From Octopus vulgaris (taxonomy: Eukaryota), in contig OX597816.1 in NCBI GenBank assembly GCA_951406725.2, positions 123,008,001 through 123,072,000 of the forward strand: a stretch of DNA of 64,000 bases. The letters run 5' to 3'. This document shows positions 24,458-37,508 of this stretch, piece by piece. Both the position numbers and the translations under genes were made by a program. Position 1 is the stretch's first letter, and each line of letters begins with the position of its first letter. The notes under the pieces are model-generated. The model saw only the letters and a program-made list of their open reading frames with translations. It was not told the origin of the DNA and searched no databases.

Positions 24458-25827
24458 CAGTAGTTTTATTTTTATAGCGTACTTTCACTTCACTACCAAG
24501 CGCAGCTCTGTGTGCCTTAGGTATGTGCAGTGATTTGTTGTGATGCTCTGATGGTTATTGTATGGAAAGTGTTCTGCGTAGGATGTGTGCAGTGCCTAGT
24601 AGTGCAATTTTTTGTATGTTATATGTGTTTGTAAGTCCTGGTGTTTTTGTTATGTATTTGTCTGAATATTTTTTTATCATGCCTAATGCACCTACTATGA
24701 TAGGAATTGTTTCTGTTTTTAGATTCCACATTCTGGTTACCTCTATTTCCAGGTCTTTGTATTTTGAAAGTTTCTCCAATTCTTTTAGAGACACGTTGTC
24801 ATCTGCCGGTTTTGATACATCAATTAGAAAGCATTTTTTTCTTCATGATCTCTGACAACTATATCTGGTCTGTTGGCCTTAATTTCTCTATCTGTGTGTA
24901 TTGGCATATTCCAGAGTATGGTTGCTTTCTCGTTTTCTGTGACCTTTTCTGGTGTGTGCCTATACCATCTTTTTTCTGTTGTTATTCCATAATGTTGGCA
25001 TAGCTTCCAATGTATGTAGGTTCCAACTCTGTCATGTCTGTGAATGTATTCCTTCTTAGTCAGGACTGGGCAGCTAGAGATAATATGATTTATTGTTTCT
25101 TGTCCATCTCCACATATTCTGCAGTTACTTGTTATATTTCTTTTCATTACATGTTTTTGGTAATTTCTGGTGGGGATGCTTTGGTCTTATGCTGCAATTA
25201 AAAACCCCTCTGTCTCTGCTTTGAGTCCTGAGCTTCTCAACCATTGCTGGGATTTTTCTTTGTCTATTTCTTTTGCGTTTAGTTTAGTCCAGTATTTACC
25301 ATGAAGGGGCTTTTCGTGCCATCGTTTTATCATGGTTCGTTGCTGTTCTATTTTTAGTTTGGATTTCATTTGTTTTATAGCTTTTGTTGTCTTCTTCTTC
25401 TTCTTCTTCTTCTTCTTCTTCTTCTTCTTCTTCATATTTATTAGGTGGTATGATTTCTTGTTTGTATTTGTCAGCTTCCTTAAATACTGAGAACAGTTTT
25501 TTGTTTTTTTGTTTTGCTCGTGTTTCGCCACTATTTGTATCAGTTTTCCTTCCTTCTGAAGTAGATATTTTTGCAGTCCTATGGTGGTTATTTTATAGTA
25601 GTTTTCCAGCTGTATAAGGCCTCTACCACCTTCTATACGTTGTATATATAGTCTTTCTATGTCAGATTTTGGGTGATGCATCCTAGATCCTGTCATTATT
25701 TTTCTTGTTTTCCTATCTATTTTGGTCAGTTCATTTAGTGTCCAGTTAAGGATATTGTAGCTGTAACTTATAACTGGGACAGCTAAAGTGTTAATACCTA
25801 TTATCTTGTTTTTAGCATTGAGCTCTG

Positions 25828-25829
<2 letters not shown>
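24458..25829 (-). mobile_element. Young 5'-truncated R4/Dong LINE in (TAA)n
   Basis: HPKSDIERLYIQRIEGGRGL, KPLHGKY, CRICGDGQETINHIISSC (CCHC), RHD, RPDIV, KYKDL, QKIALLGTAHILRRTL; (TAA)n on both sides; internal (GAA)n expansion, a stop and frameshifts. Confidence 0.95.
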
Positions 25830-25869
<40 letters not shown>

Positions 25870-25884
25870 CATCATCATCATCGA

Positions 25885-27290
25885 CATCATTATTATTCTG
25901 AAAGACTCTTAGATAGTTCTTAATTACTGGTTGTTCTTTACTTGAAAGCAGGCCATGACAAATCGCCAAAAGTTTCAAGTGGCGCCTTCTCCTGTGACTC
26001 AAAGAGATAATACTCTCCTTAGAATGCAAGCTGTACCCAACAATGCTGTCTTCTGGATCACTTCAAGCCTGATAGCAGCCAAATATTCTTAATATGTTTT
26101 TCAAAGCTCTTAGAAACTGCTCTTAATGCTCCGATTACCACCAGTATCACCTTTACTTTCCTCATGCCCCATATCTTTCCTATCCTGTCCTGCAGTGCAC
26201 CTTTCTACAAGCACACATCTAGCTGTTTTGCTATCCTTTCATGGAGTCCTTTCAGCTTCTTCATCTAATATCCTTGGACCCCATCTGGTCCTGAACTCTT
26301 CCAATTTGGGAATTTTCTTAACTGCATTTTTATCATTTCTGTAGTTATTTTTATGTCTTCTTGGACTTCTATATCTCTTGACCTATCTTGGTTTTCACGT
26401 AGCCACTCCACTTCATCATTATACTCTACAGGCTGGTCTAAGATACCTCTCCACAATGCCCTGCTTTCCTCTGCATCTGGTTTCATAGTTATGCATAATT
26501 GCCCATCTAGTTCCTGAAGCAGTTTCTTCTGATTTGCTTCAAACAATCTGTTCTGCCTGAATTATTTTCTTCTATTGTTATATCTTTCCAGTTTTGCTCT
26601 GATTGCCACTATTCTTTGTTTCAGTTCTTCCAATATCACACCATACTCTTTATCTCTTATTTTATATGTTCTTTCCAGCATTATTCTTATGCTTTCATTC
26701 TGCAATTCCCCTCTACTCAATCTATCAAATTGTCCTAAATGTCTTTTTAACTTTGTTTCTCCCAAATTTGTCTACACTAGTATTGTTCTTTACATTCTGT
26801 TTGTTCTCTTCTTTTGTATTCAACTCTATCTGCAGCAACCATAGCTTCAGCCCAAATAATCTTGTTAGTTTCAGTTATATTTCTCGTCTGGAACAGCCTA
26901 AGGACCGAATCTATATTTACAGTTTCAACTTTGAGTTTGTGTAGATCAATGTACCTCAGATTGGTTGATGCTTGATCCTGTTCTTCTCTAATATATTGGC
27001 ACAGCATCCTCACTATGTCTTGTTGGTCATCATCATATTCTTGTGATATAGCCCTTCCCATTATTCTGCTTCATTTGCTGAGAATGAATTTACATTTTCA
27101 CTTGGCTCTAAATCTTCACTGTCCTAGCTGGGCACATTATTTATTGGTGAAGTATTATTTCTATTTTCTACTTTACATTTTATCTCTTCAATTTCCGTGT
27201 CTGTTAACGACTCTATTGCTTTTATCGCAAAATTCTTATAAAATGTCATTGCTCTTTCTTAGAGGAGGAGTATTATGCATTGCTATATAA
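25885..27290 (-). mobile_element. Third, internally deleted R4/Dong LINE
   Basis: N-terminal pieces (LEELKQRIVAIRAKLERY, FEANQKKL, PNWKSSGPDGVQGY) joined to the C-terminus (VVIGAL, IQKTALLGTACILRRVL). Confidence 0.85.
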
Positions 27291-27919
27291 AACTGTGAGT
27301 TCAAGCCCTACTCTAACAATTTTGATGATTGTAGCTGTCTCTTTCATGTTATTTCCGTCTGTAAACTAACAGACTCTAACACTTGAAGAAATAATGTTAG
27401 CATGAGGAGACTTAGAGGAATATTGATTAGATAGAAATACATTCTTCTCTGGTTGACATACAGTAATACATTCAAAGAACATACTAAAAAAAGAATTCCT
27501 GAATTCTTCTCCATAAGTACATAGTCACCTATAATTAAGAACAACACTAAGACAGAAATTAATGTAGCTTCATTCACGCAACAGCTACACTGAGATACAT
27601 ATTTGTATAAACAAAGGCTAATAAATAGAATTAAATTATAGCATGCAATAGCAAAATAAAATAGAATAAACAGCAGACAATTCCCCTTATCTTTTACTCC
27701 TCCTACCATAAACCCATAACAACCATAACAAAGTTTAAAAATTAATGAAACACCCTCTTTATATTCTAACCAATCATAATACGATATTTATATAGCAAGC
27801 AGCTTATCACTAATTTATGTTGTTGCACTACAACTGAATCTTAGCAGAATGTACTTTCAGTCAATATTTATAACATAAATGTATGTATGTATGTATGTAT
27901 GTATGTATGTATGTATGTA

Positions 27920-27954
<35 letters not shown>

Positions 27955-28064
27955 ATGTGTCTGTGTGCATGTATGTTGGTATATATTTGGTGTCTGTGTA
28001 TGTGTATGTATGTATTAGGTATCTGTGTATGCATGTGTGCACATGTCTGTTAGTGTTTGCATGT

Positions 28065-28300
28065 ATCATCATCATAATCATCTTTTAAGACTCGTCTTCC
28101 ATACTGATATGGGTTGCAGGTTGTGACATCATCTGACTAGCCTGACTTCCGTGTAAGTCTGCTATGCCTGATTTCAGCATAGTTTCTAAAGTTGGACGCA
28201 CTTCCTAATGCCAACCACTATACGAATGTAATGGGTGCTTTTTTAGAGTCACTGACACTAGTGAGGTTACCATGCAACATCCAAAATCAAAATTTCCTTC
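28065..28300 (-). mobile_element. Degraded orphan RTE-type 3' end
   Basis: (cat)n followed by ...ggacgcacttcctaatgccaaccact. Confidence 0.65.
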
Positions 28301-28416
28301 TGGTGATTTGGAGCTACACTAGGGCGGTGTCTTTATGCTAAGAAGATGAAAGGTTAAAGTATGGGAGAAGGAGTCAAAGCAGGACAGGTTTCTTGCTCTT
28401 TCTCTCTCTCTCTCTC

Positions 28417-28509
<93 letters not shown>

Positions 28510-28865
28510 GGCTTCTTTCAGTTTCTGTCTGCCAAATCCACTCACAAGGCTTTGCATGTTCTCATAAGCACCATTTGAGCAACAAATCGGGACATTACTT
28601 ACATCCTCCAATAATCAATGATCCTGTATTTTTGTGGACAGTTGCCAACCATTTTACTTGTAATGCAAATGGGTTTACAATAAGTATCATCTAACTCATG
28701 AAAGCATGGGAAATGAATGTAAAAGTACTGATAATAACGATGACAACAATGATATAATAGCATATTATTAAGAATATTCTGACATCAGATGATATTCAAA
28801 AATGATTCATTGAAAGTATTAGCATGTTTTCTTGTGTACTTAGTCTACCAACTAACATCGTTAAA

Positions 28866-29083
28866 TGAGGGTGTGTCAAAAAGTTCCTGGCTTTAAGGGT
28901 ATTGCCAAAAGCCTGGTCAGAGGTCCAATCTTCTGAATTCTTTTACAGGGCTAAGAAAAAACCGAAGGACTGCTGCAATAAGTATGTTAAACCAAGAGTG
29001 GAATGCATTGAATAAAATCATGATTAACTGATTCTCTCATATTGTATTTTACTCAAAGCCAGGAACTTTTCAGCACCCTCTCA
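28866..29083 (+). mobile_element. Mariner-derived MITE
   Basis: TIRs tgagggtgtgtcaaaaagttcctggcttt and aaagccaggaacttttcagcaccctctca; internal relic of a transposase C-terminus ending attgaataa. Confidence 0.75.
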
Positions 29084-29199
29084 TAGGTATCAATAAATCC
29101 CTTTGGATTTACTAACATAGGTGTAATTGCACCCTAGAGTTTAGGCAAGTACCTAGATGCACAGAATCTGCTCTCTACTCCTAGTACTACTACAATAGA

Positions 29200-29535
29200 A
29201 TCAAGTCTTTTCCTCTGAAGTAGCTGGCTCTTCACATTCACTTGCAAGTGTGTATGACTGGGTACCATTAATCTAGTACCTATCTGCTTGCAAGCAGACA
29301 CAGACATGCTCTTGACCCTCCTATCCTTGTTAGTCCCAGCAGAACATTAAGGATCTAACAGCTGGAGAGAGGCAGGCTTGCACCAATACTCAGCTGGTAT
29401 ACATTTTCAGCTGAGTTGACTGGAGCAGCATGAAATTAAGTGCTTTGCACAAGGATATGATGTATCATCTAGTCTAGGAACTGAATCTGTGATTTGTGAA
29501 CATAAGCCCAAAATCCTAACCACAAGGCCATGTGC
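29200..29535 (-). mobile_element. SINE family C head with a fourth tail type
   Basis: cagctgagttgactggagcagcatgaaattaagtgctttgcacaagg...cctaaccacaaggccatg; left boundary uncertain. Confidence 0.55.
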
Positions 29536-30147
29536 AACATGAAAAAATCTCACCAGTCAGGGAGGACCTAAAAAGGCTAAGAGAAGTTCCTTAATTTCTG
29601 ATTAAGTTATATAAAAGTCCATCAGCAGGATCAGAATAGCCTTAATCTCTGTATTGTCTCTATGCAGTTGGTGACATCCTAATAGATTAAGTACGTTTGA
29701 TGTTAGTGCATTTTTCATATGTCTGATAAATAACAGTTACAGCAACACAAAAATTTTAGATAACATCTCTAAAGTATTTTTTTGTTTGGCTTAACTCCTC
29801 TGTAAATCATACTTTAACTGCTGCACTATTTTTATGATCTTTTTATTTCAAAAGGTCTTCTGAACTAATAAACTATGCTCCATCCAGCCAACACATATGT
29901 ATCTTCCTCTCCTCATCTATAAATTGCATTATGCCTCATTAGACTAGATACTAAACACTCAAATCTAGTGCCACTATGCAGCTGCTTGCCTGTTAGAAAT
30001 AGTGGCCAGATTACATGCTATTCTTTAAAGATTACACCAGTTAGTATAGTCCTTGATACTCCAAAGTATAGGATGGTTACAGCTGGAATATTTTTGAACC
30101 GAGGTCTGTTTGATTAGGGGTGACTTAGGATGAAACATTTACATGCT

Positions 30148-30560
30148 TTAGGTGCAGGAGTGGCTGCGTGGTAAGCAGCTTTCTTACCAGCCACATGGTT
30201 CTGGGTTCAGTCCCATTGCATTGCAACTTGCGCAAGTGTCTTCTACTATAGTTTCGAGTTGACCAAAGCCTTGTGGGTGGATTTGGTAGATGGAAACTGA
30301 AAGAAGCCCGTCGTATGTATATGTATATATATATGTATGCATGTGTGTGTATATGTCTGTGTGTCTGTGTTTGTCTCCCCAACATCGCTTGACAACTGAT
30401 GCTGTTGGGTCTATATCCCCGTAACTTAGCGGGTTCGCAAAAGAGACCGATAGATTAAGTACTAGGCTTACTAAGAATAAGTCCTGGGGTCGATTTGCTC
30501 GACTAAAGGCGGTGCTCCAGCATAGCCATAGTCAAATGACTGAAACGAGTAAAAGAGTAT
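30148..30560 (+). mobile_element. SINE family A (full length, young)
   Basis: ggtgcaggagtggctgcgtggtaag...gactgaaacgagtaaaagagta. Confidence 0.92.
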
Positions 30561-31571
30561 GCTACACATTTCACTTAACACACTTTCCTTTCAGAATGGC
30601 AGTTACCTGCAAAAGATTGTAATATGCCATCAGCAACATTTATCTTATCAATCTGGAAAATTTGGCAAATTCTATGAACACATCTCTTAGAAAATAAGTC
30701 AACCTCTATATGTGCCTCTGTATGCATGTGTGGGGGATGGGGTACATAAGTGTGTACGTGTGGTAGCATAAGTGTGTGTGTGTATAAATAACTGCATAAG
30801 CAAAAAAGATCTAGTGCTATATATCAACTGATGAATTCTTTAATTAAATAAAAGGATGAAATGAAGGAAAACAAATATGAACATACTAGTTTATGTTGAT
30901 GTTTCTCTAATTATAAGTTGAAAGATTAAATTACTTCTATTATTTTCAATTTGTTTTTCTATTTTTCGTATTATTATTATTTAAAATTAACTTATCAAAT
31001 AACATTAAAATTCAATAAATAGCAAATATATATAATGAAATTCTCCGAATATCATTAGTATGTCAGTCTATGATATCACAGCTGAAATGCATTAGTTATA
31101 AGTGCAGGATGTGAAGAAAATAGTACAATAAATAATGTATATAATATATATTCTTTCAAAAATCTAATGTTTTATATCTAAAATGCTGAAATGTTACAAA
31201 TGAAGAATAATGAATATCATGACTGCGATATGAAAACATATCTGCATGCAACATCCTTCTTAATAGGCTGTGAATTGACTGATGAAATGAAGAAACAATG
31301 TTTATTGAGAATCAATGAATACTTCAGCTGACATGCAATCAACATGGATATCATTATTTTCTTAGTTTATCTCATGTATCATATGTTTATATCATGTTCT
31401 TTACAATTGGCTTGTCTTTCATAAATACATACTGGATACAGATATGGATGTGAGGTGTAAAAGTTACTTTGCAACAAAGAAGTCTGGAAGTTTGATCCCA
31501 CAGCTTGCACAATGGCCAAATTCTTCTATACCTTTAGATTGAAAATTACTTTCTAAGAATTTATGTATGTA

Positions 31572-31609
<38 letters not shown>

Positions 31610-31744
31610 TGTATGTATGTATGTATGTATGTATGTACGTGTGTGTATGTATGCATGGATGGGTGTGTGTGTGTGTGCATGGATGTATGCACACATGTAT
31701 GATGTACATATGTATGCATCTATGTATGGTATGTATGGTAAGTG

Positions 31745-32078
31745 AAGGCACAGGGTTCAGTGGTTAGAGCATTGAGCTTATGATTGTGAGGTTGAGAGTT
31801 CGAATCCCAGACTGGGCTGTGTGTTGTATTCTTAAGCAAGACACTTTATTTCACATTGCTCCAGTTCACTCAGCTGTAGAAATGAGTTGCAATGTCACAG
31901 GTGCCAAGCTGTATCGGCCTTTTGCCTTTCCCTCGGATAACACTAGTGGCATGGAGAGTGGAGGCTGGTATGCATGGGCAACTACTGGTCTTCCATAAAC
32001 AACCTTGCCCGGACTTGTGCCTGGGAGGGTAACTTTCTAGGTGCAATTCCACAGTCAGTCATGACTGAAGGGGTTCTC
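31745..32078 (+). mobile_element. SINE family C (tail type 1)
   Basis: tRNA head cagtggttagagc...gttcgaatccc; tail shared with 47095-47298. Confidence 0.88.
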
Positions 32079-32660
32079 AGCAATGTATGGTAGGGATGGC
32101 ATCTGCTGAAATTTATTGTGATGGTGATGAGCACATAGTATACCTGGGCAACCCGTGAAATACTTAAAGACTGGTGAGACACTATCATGGTATCTTTGTA
32201 CAAAAGTAAAGGTCCAAATGAGAACTGTAAAAGATAGTGTGGCATTGCTTTGTTGGCAGTGGCAGAAAAAAAATCATTGCTGTGATACTTCTGACAAGGC
32301 TAAATGCCCACATTACCAGATTTTCAGTGTAGCTTCAAACCAAACTGAAGTAGAGCAGATATGATATTCATGGATAGACAAATTCAGAAAAGGTGTTTTG
32401 AACAACAGCAATGTCTTTAAAATGAAAGTATTTGACACTACACTGTGAAATACTTTGGCATTTAAAATGCTATCTAAAATTTACAACAGCTGTTTTGGTA
32501 GAATTTTATTAATGCATTTAGAGAAGATTAATCTTCGAGAGATGAGGGGGAGAGAGTGGGAAATAGATAGATAGATAGACAGATAGAAAGACAGACAAAC
32601 AGATAGATAGAGAGAGAGAGTGTGTGTGTGTGTGTGTGTGCAAGGAAGAGAAAGATTTAT

Positions 32661-33062
32661 GCATGGCTGTGTGCCTAAGAAATTTGCTTCCCAATCACAT
32701 AGGTTTGGATTCAGTTCCACTGGATTGTACCTTGGTGAAGCATGTAACTTAGTGGTTAGGTTGTTGAACTCATGGTCATAAGATTGTGATTTCAATTCCT
32801 GGACCGGGCGATGTATTGTGTTCTTCAGCAAAATACTTCATTTCAAATTGCTCCAGTCCACTCAGCAAAAATGAATAATCCCACGATGGACCAGCGTCCC
32901 ATGCAGTTGAGGAATATATGGACCATGGAAATTGGGAAACTGGGCCTTATGTGTTCGTATGACTCAAGAAGGAAGTTTTACCTCTTTCTTTTAACTGTGC
33001 CTTGGGCTGACCAAAACCTTGTTAGAGGATTTGGTAGATGGAAAATGAAAGACACCTTGTAT
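32661..33062 (+). mobile_element. Family A SINE interrupted by a family C (tail 2) SINE at about 32737-32982
   Basis: A head runs to gtaccttgg, then C head ttagtggttagg...gatggaccagcgtccc, then A resumes at ccttgggctgaccaaaaccttg. Confidence 0.75.
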
Positions 33063-33485
33063 AAATGTAGATAAATGTGTGTGTGGTGTGTTTATGTGTG
33101 TATGCGTGTGTGTATGGATGTCTGTGTCTGCCAGTCTTGACATCATGAAACAATATTTAAATAGTATCACCATCATAAAAGTGGAGCTATTCCTTTCTAA
33201 CCCTTCTGGGAACATATTCAGCCCTGAAGGGAAAATACCTTGCTTAGAAAAAGCTTGGATAAAGAAAGCATATCTACTCATAGAAAATATGCCTCAACCA
33301 ATTCTTTTTGACTCATGTATGCATAAGAATGTGGATGTTAAAATGATAATGATAATGATGATAAAAATGATGATGATGATGACAATGATGATGGTGATGA
33401 TGATGATGCTAATGGTGATGATGATGAGGTTACATATATTTTGTTTTACAATTGAGTGAAAATGAATTCAATACATAAAATGGAG

Positions 33486-33533
<48 letters not shown>

Positions 33534-34498
33534 CGTGTGTATGCTACAAGAATGGTTAAAGGGCCTAGATATTCATACCAAGATACTTATCTGTTTCAAT
33601 TCTGATTAGGTCTTGACATGCAACTCTTGTAATTCTAAGATAATAATATATGTATGTATGTTTGAGTGTGTGTGTGTGTGTGAGTATGTCTTTTGCCGAT
33701 GTATATTAGCGAAGGCTATAAACATCATAAAAGATAACAAAAAAAAATGGGTGGAGTTCACAAACAATATTTTTTACTGTATTTGTTATGTATCAAGTTA
33801 GAGATTCCATTGCTGCATTTCATGTGAGGAATATGATGAACTAGTCTACTGGAAACCTGTAACCAATAATATACTTCTTAAAAAAAATTTCTTCAAAAAT
33901 TGTAATATAAAATATGTAAATAAATAATAAATGACACATGTATCATTATAAAAGGCATACAGGCATTACAAATATGTATGAAAAATTCACATACTATTAA
34001 AAATAGTACAGGAAATTTCACTCTATGAAGGTTGTTGAATATTTTATTGACATTGTATATTACTGGTACTTCTTTCATTCACTCAAAGAAGAGTGGAAAG
34101 TGAAGTCAATAAGACTAAGCTCAGAAAAGAATGGAACTAAATTCAGTATCTTATTTTGTTTAAGAGTTTATGATATTTACTGTCTATCTTCTCATAAGGT
34201 GATAACAGTGATGACAGAGTTAGGAATGTGGTTATGGTTGTGGTATTGATGACTGTAAGCATGTTCTGGGATATGTCAATTGACATAAATAAATTAGGGC
34301 TTATCAACCAGATATTGTTACCAAGGAGAGGAAAGGAAATTCTGCCTGATTGAAAGGTAAATCTCAACAGCTGATGATATATCTTAAAATGAAATAGGGG
34401 AAATGTTTGTAAATAAAATGTTATAAGTATATTAAACGAAATTTTATTTATATATAAATATTTTGTCAATCCCCAGGTATTGAGAGCAGATCTTCTTA

Positions 34499-34549
<51 letters not shown>

Positions 34550-34629
34550 GCCTGCATGCCTGTCTGTCTGTCTGTCTATCCACCTGCCTGCCCATCTATC
34601 TAACTAGCTATATATATATATATACTTTC

Positions 34630-35345
34630 CATCATCATGACCATCACGATCATCATCATATCATCATTTAATGCCCATTTTCCATACTGGCCTGCCAGAG
34701 TGCTGGCCTGCCATGGAGCTAGCCTGTCAGGGAGCTGGTGACCAGACTCCAATTGTCTGTTGTGGTATGGTTTCTGTAGCTGGACGCCCTTCCTAACACC
34801 AACCACTTAACAGAATGTGCTGGGTACTTTTTATGAGCCACCAGCAAAGCTGAAATTTACACGGCACCAGCATTGGTGCATCTTATGTGGCACCTGCATC
34901 CATAAAGGACAAACCTCTATGTATGGATGACAATAATTTTAAATAGCATGGCACATCTTCTCAAGCACAACTCCTGGTCCCTTGTAATTTCCTGAGTGAG
35001 TCCCAGCAATTGAAGATCCTTTCTCACCACTTCCTTCGTCTTGTTGGGTCTACCCCTTCCACAAGTTCCCTCCACAATTAGAGCTCAGCATTTCTTTATG
35101 CTGCTGTCCTTATCCATACTTATCACATAACCAAACCAACACATTCTTCTCTTTTACACCCTACATCTGATGCTTCTTATACCCAATTTTTCTCTTAAAT
35201 CACTTACACTCTGTCATGAATGTACACTGACATTGCTTGTCCAGGAGAGCATGCTAGCTTCGTTTCTTTCAAGCCTTCACAAGTCCTCTGTAGTCAAAAC
35301 CCATGCTAAACTGCTATGTATCATAGCTGTATGAACACAGGTATC
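34630..35345 (-). mobile_element. Older RTE LINE 3' fragment
   Basis: (CAT)n tail, 3' UTR and ORF end homologous to 37509-38510. Confidence 0.85.
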
Positions 35346-35480
35346 TGCATATATGTTTGTATGTAGGTTTATTTGAAGCTGTATATATATATATATATAT
35401 AAAGGAATTAAAGGTAATGCTAATGCTACTTCATAATAATCCTTATTATTATTAGTAGTAGTAGTACTTATATGTATATA

Positions 35481-35850
35481 CAGGGTGTGGCAGAAGTAGT
35501 GCCCTTTTTATTTAGTAATTTTTATAGTACAAAGATTTTTTTCATTTAGTAATTTTTTATTGTACAAAAATTTATTACAGTAGTTAAAGAAATGTAAAGT
35601 AATGTAAAGAAATGTAAAGTAAACCAATTAATGAAAATAAATTGCAGTAGTTTTAAGAACTTTATTAAGTATTGCACCATCAAAATTATGTAATTCATTA
35701 TGCTAAAAAATTTAATAAACATGTTCAAAATGCTCCCCTTTGTTTTCAATACAATGCTGAACCCTACAAGCAACACTTCTACAAATCTCTTGATACATTT
35801 CTACGTTAATTGCAGAAAATTTATCAGAAATTGCAGATCTTCACTTTTTG
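35481..35850 (-). mobile_element. Tc1/mariner (CAGGGTG-TIR type) 3' fragment
   Basis: ta|CAGGGTG terminus; minus strand reads INVEMYQEICRSVACRVQHCIENKGEHFEHVY*. Confidence 0.7.
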
Positions 35851-36143
35851 ATCTACAGATTTAAAAAATAATTTTTTGTAACTAAATACATTCAAACTTC
35901 AGACACTGGTAGAATGTGTCATATAAAACATATTTTACCTTTAGCATTTTTGAGAAAAACTTATATTTACAAAGTAATTACATGTTAAAGTAGTCCTATT
36001 TCGGTAATTTCAACCAATCAATGACATGTATTCAAATGAATAAAATTACTGCCGTTGTTTGTCAACAACAACTATCGGCGGTGTGTTTTTCGTTTGTCAC
36101 TGTTATTTATGATATTGTTTGTGTGTTTGTACTGGTTTCATCT

Positions 36144-36194
36144 TTAAGGTTTTAGGGTTCGGGTTTTAGAGTTAGGGTTTTAGGGTTAGGGTTT
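36144..36194 (+). repeat. Degenerate interstitial (TTAGGG)n array
   Basis: ttaaggttttagggttcgggttttagagttagggttttagggttagggttt. Confidence 0.85.
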
Positions 36195-36213
36195 CCCCAA
36201 GACACCTGATGAA

Positions 36214-36259
36214 GACACCTGATGAAGGCTGGAGGGTATATCAGCCGAAACGTTGTGTT
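36214..36259 (+). ncRNA. Minimal type I hammerhead ribozyme motif (Penelope-like)
   Basis: GACAC-CUGAUGA-A-GGCUG-loop-CAGCC-GAAA-CG-UU-GUGUU; palindromic AACGUU stem III. Confidence 0.75.
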
Positions 36260-37074
36260 AATGACAAACAAAATGAGGACAAATATCTGTCAAATGTAAA
36301 TGATGTACATAATTCCTCATCTCTTAAATATAGAACTGTAAAACCAGTCACTGACTGAATGTATATCATGAAGTGAAGACAATAAGGACATTTTTCTTAT
36401 TTCATTTTACAACATTTATATCCTTCACTGATGTTTATCAATAATGCGCCTGTGCATGTGTGTGTGCACACACACACAATGGGTTTGCATAGAGTTTTTG
36501 GTCAATCAATTTCCATTCACAAGATATTCATCAACATGTGACTATGGTTGAACAAAGATACTTACTGAAGGAACAGCACAGTGAAATTTGATCCAGAGCA
36601 ATGTAGTTCTGAAGGCAATCTTTTCACCATGTGTCCTTTAAGAATATTTCTTCTAAAACTTTTTATTCCCAGTATAAAGACTTTTAGAGTGCAATGAAAA
36701 TTCTTAAATTTAGACATATATTTATAGAACCACTTTTATTTAGACGAACAATTAAAATTGCATGCAGAAATGAATGACTAAATTTTTCAACAGAAAATTT
36801 TGATTAAATTAATAAATGTTAAACGCAGCACTGACAAAAACAGCAGCTCAACACTAAAGGAATCAAATATACACAATAAAATCTATTTCAGTAAATTTTG
36901 GCTTTATATTCTATAATCTTGTCACACTAAAAAGATCCTATAATGGTTTAAGGGTGATTAGTTGAAAGATTGAGAAGTTCACAGTGAAGATTTTTTTGTT
37001 TAGTTTTTAAAATTATATATATATATTCCTATTTTTTCCCATATAAAAATTATTGCTTAGTAATGGAAACAGAT

Positions 37075-37330
37075 GGAGGCGCGTGGCTTAGTGGTTAGGG
37101 TGTCAGCATCATGATCGTAAGGCTGTGGTTTCAATTCCTGGACTGGGTAGCACATTGTGTTCTTGAGCAAAATACTTCATTTCACGTTGCTCCAGTTCAC
37201 TCAGCTGGCAAAAATGAGTAACGCTGCAATGGACTGGCGTCCTGTCCAGCTCAGGAACACATACACCATTGAAACTGGGAAGCCAGGCCCATGAGCCTGG
37301 CTAGGCTTTGAAAAGGGCGCATTTATTTTA
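37075..37330 (+). mobile_element. SINE family C (tail type 2, V-domain-like)
   Basis: gcgtggcttagtggttagg head; CTGCAATGGACTGGCGTCCTGTCCAG resembles the V-SINE core. Confidence 0.85.
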
Positions 37331-37508
37331 TTCAATGGAAACAGAAGTAGGAAGCCAGACTTGTTAAATAAATAATTTCTTGTGATATTGATATATATAT
37401 CTAGACATGCTGAATTTCATTGATGTCTTGCTGATTTTAAAGAGTAAAGGAGACATTAGTACATTTTCCTTTAACGAAAATATACTCCTATTCAATCAAG
37501 AAGTAATA

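Noticed and set aside
25187-26029. 280-aa ORF, the longest in the window
   Set aside because: Chimera of a LINE 3' UTR, a (TAA)n/(GAT)n tract and frameshifted Dong RT; not a gene
30825-30895. CTGATGA-stem-GAAA
   Set aside because: AT-rich chance pairing with no credible stem I or III
31745-31815. tRNA-like sequences at SINE heads
   Set aside because: No complete cloverleaf, and they are contiguous with SINE bodies, so not tRNA genes
36144-36194. True telomere or chromosome fusion scar
   Set aside because: Short, degenerate, single orientation and embedded in repeat-like DNA
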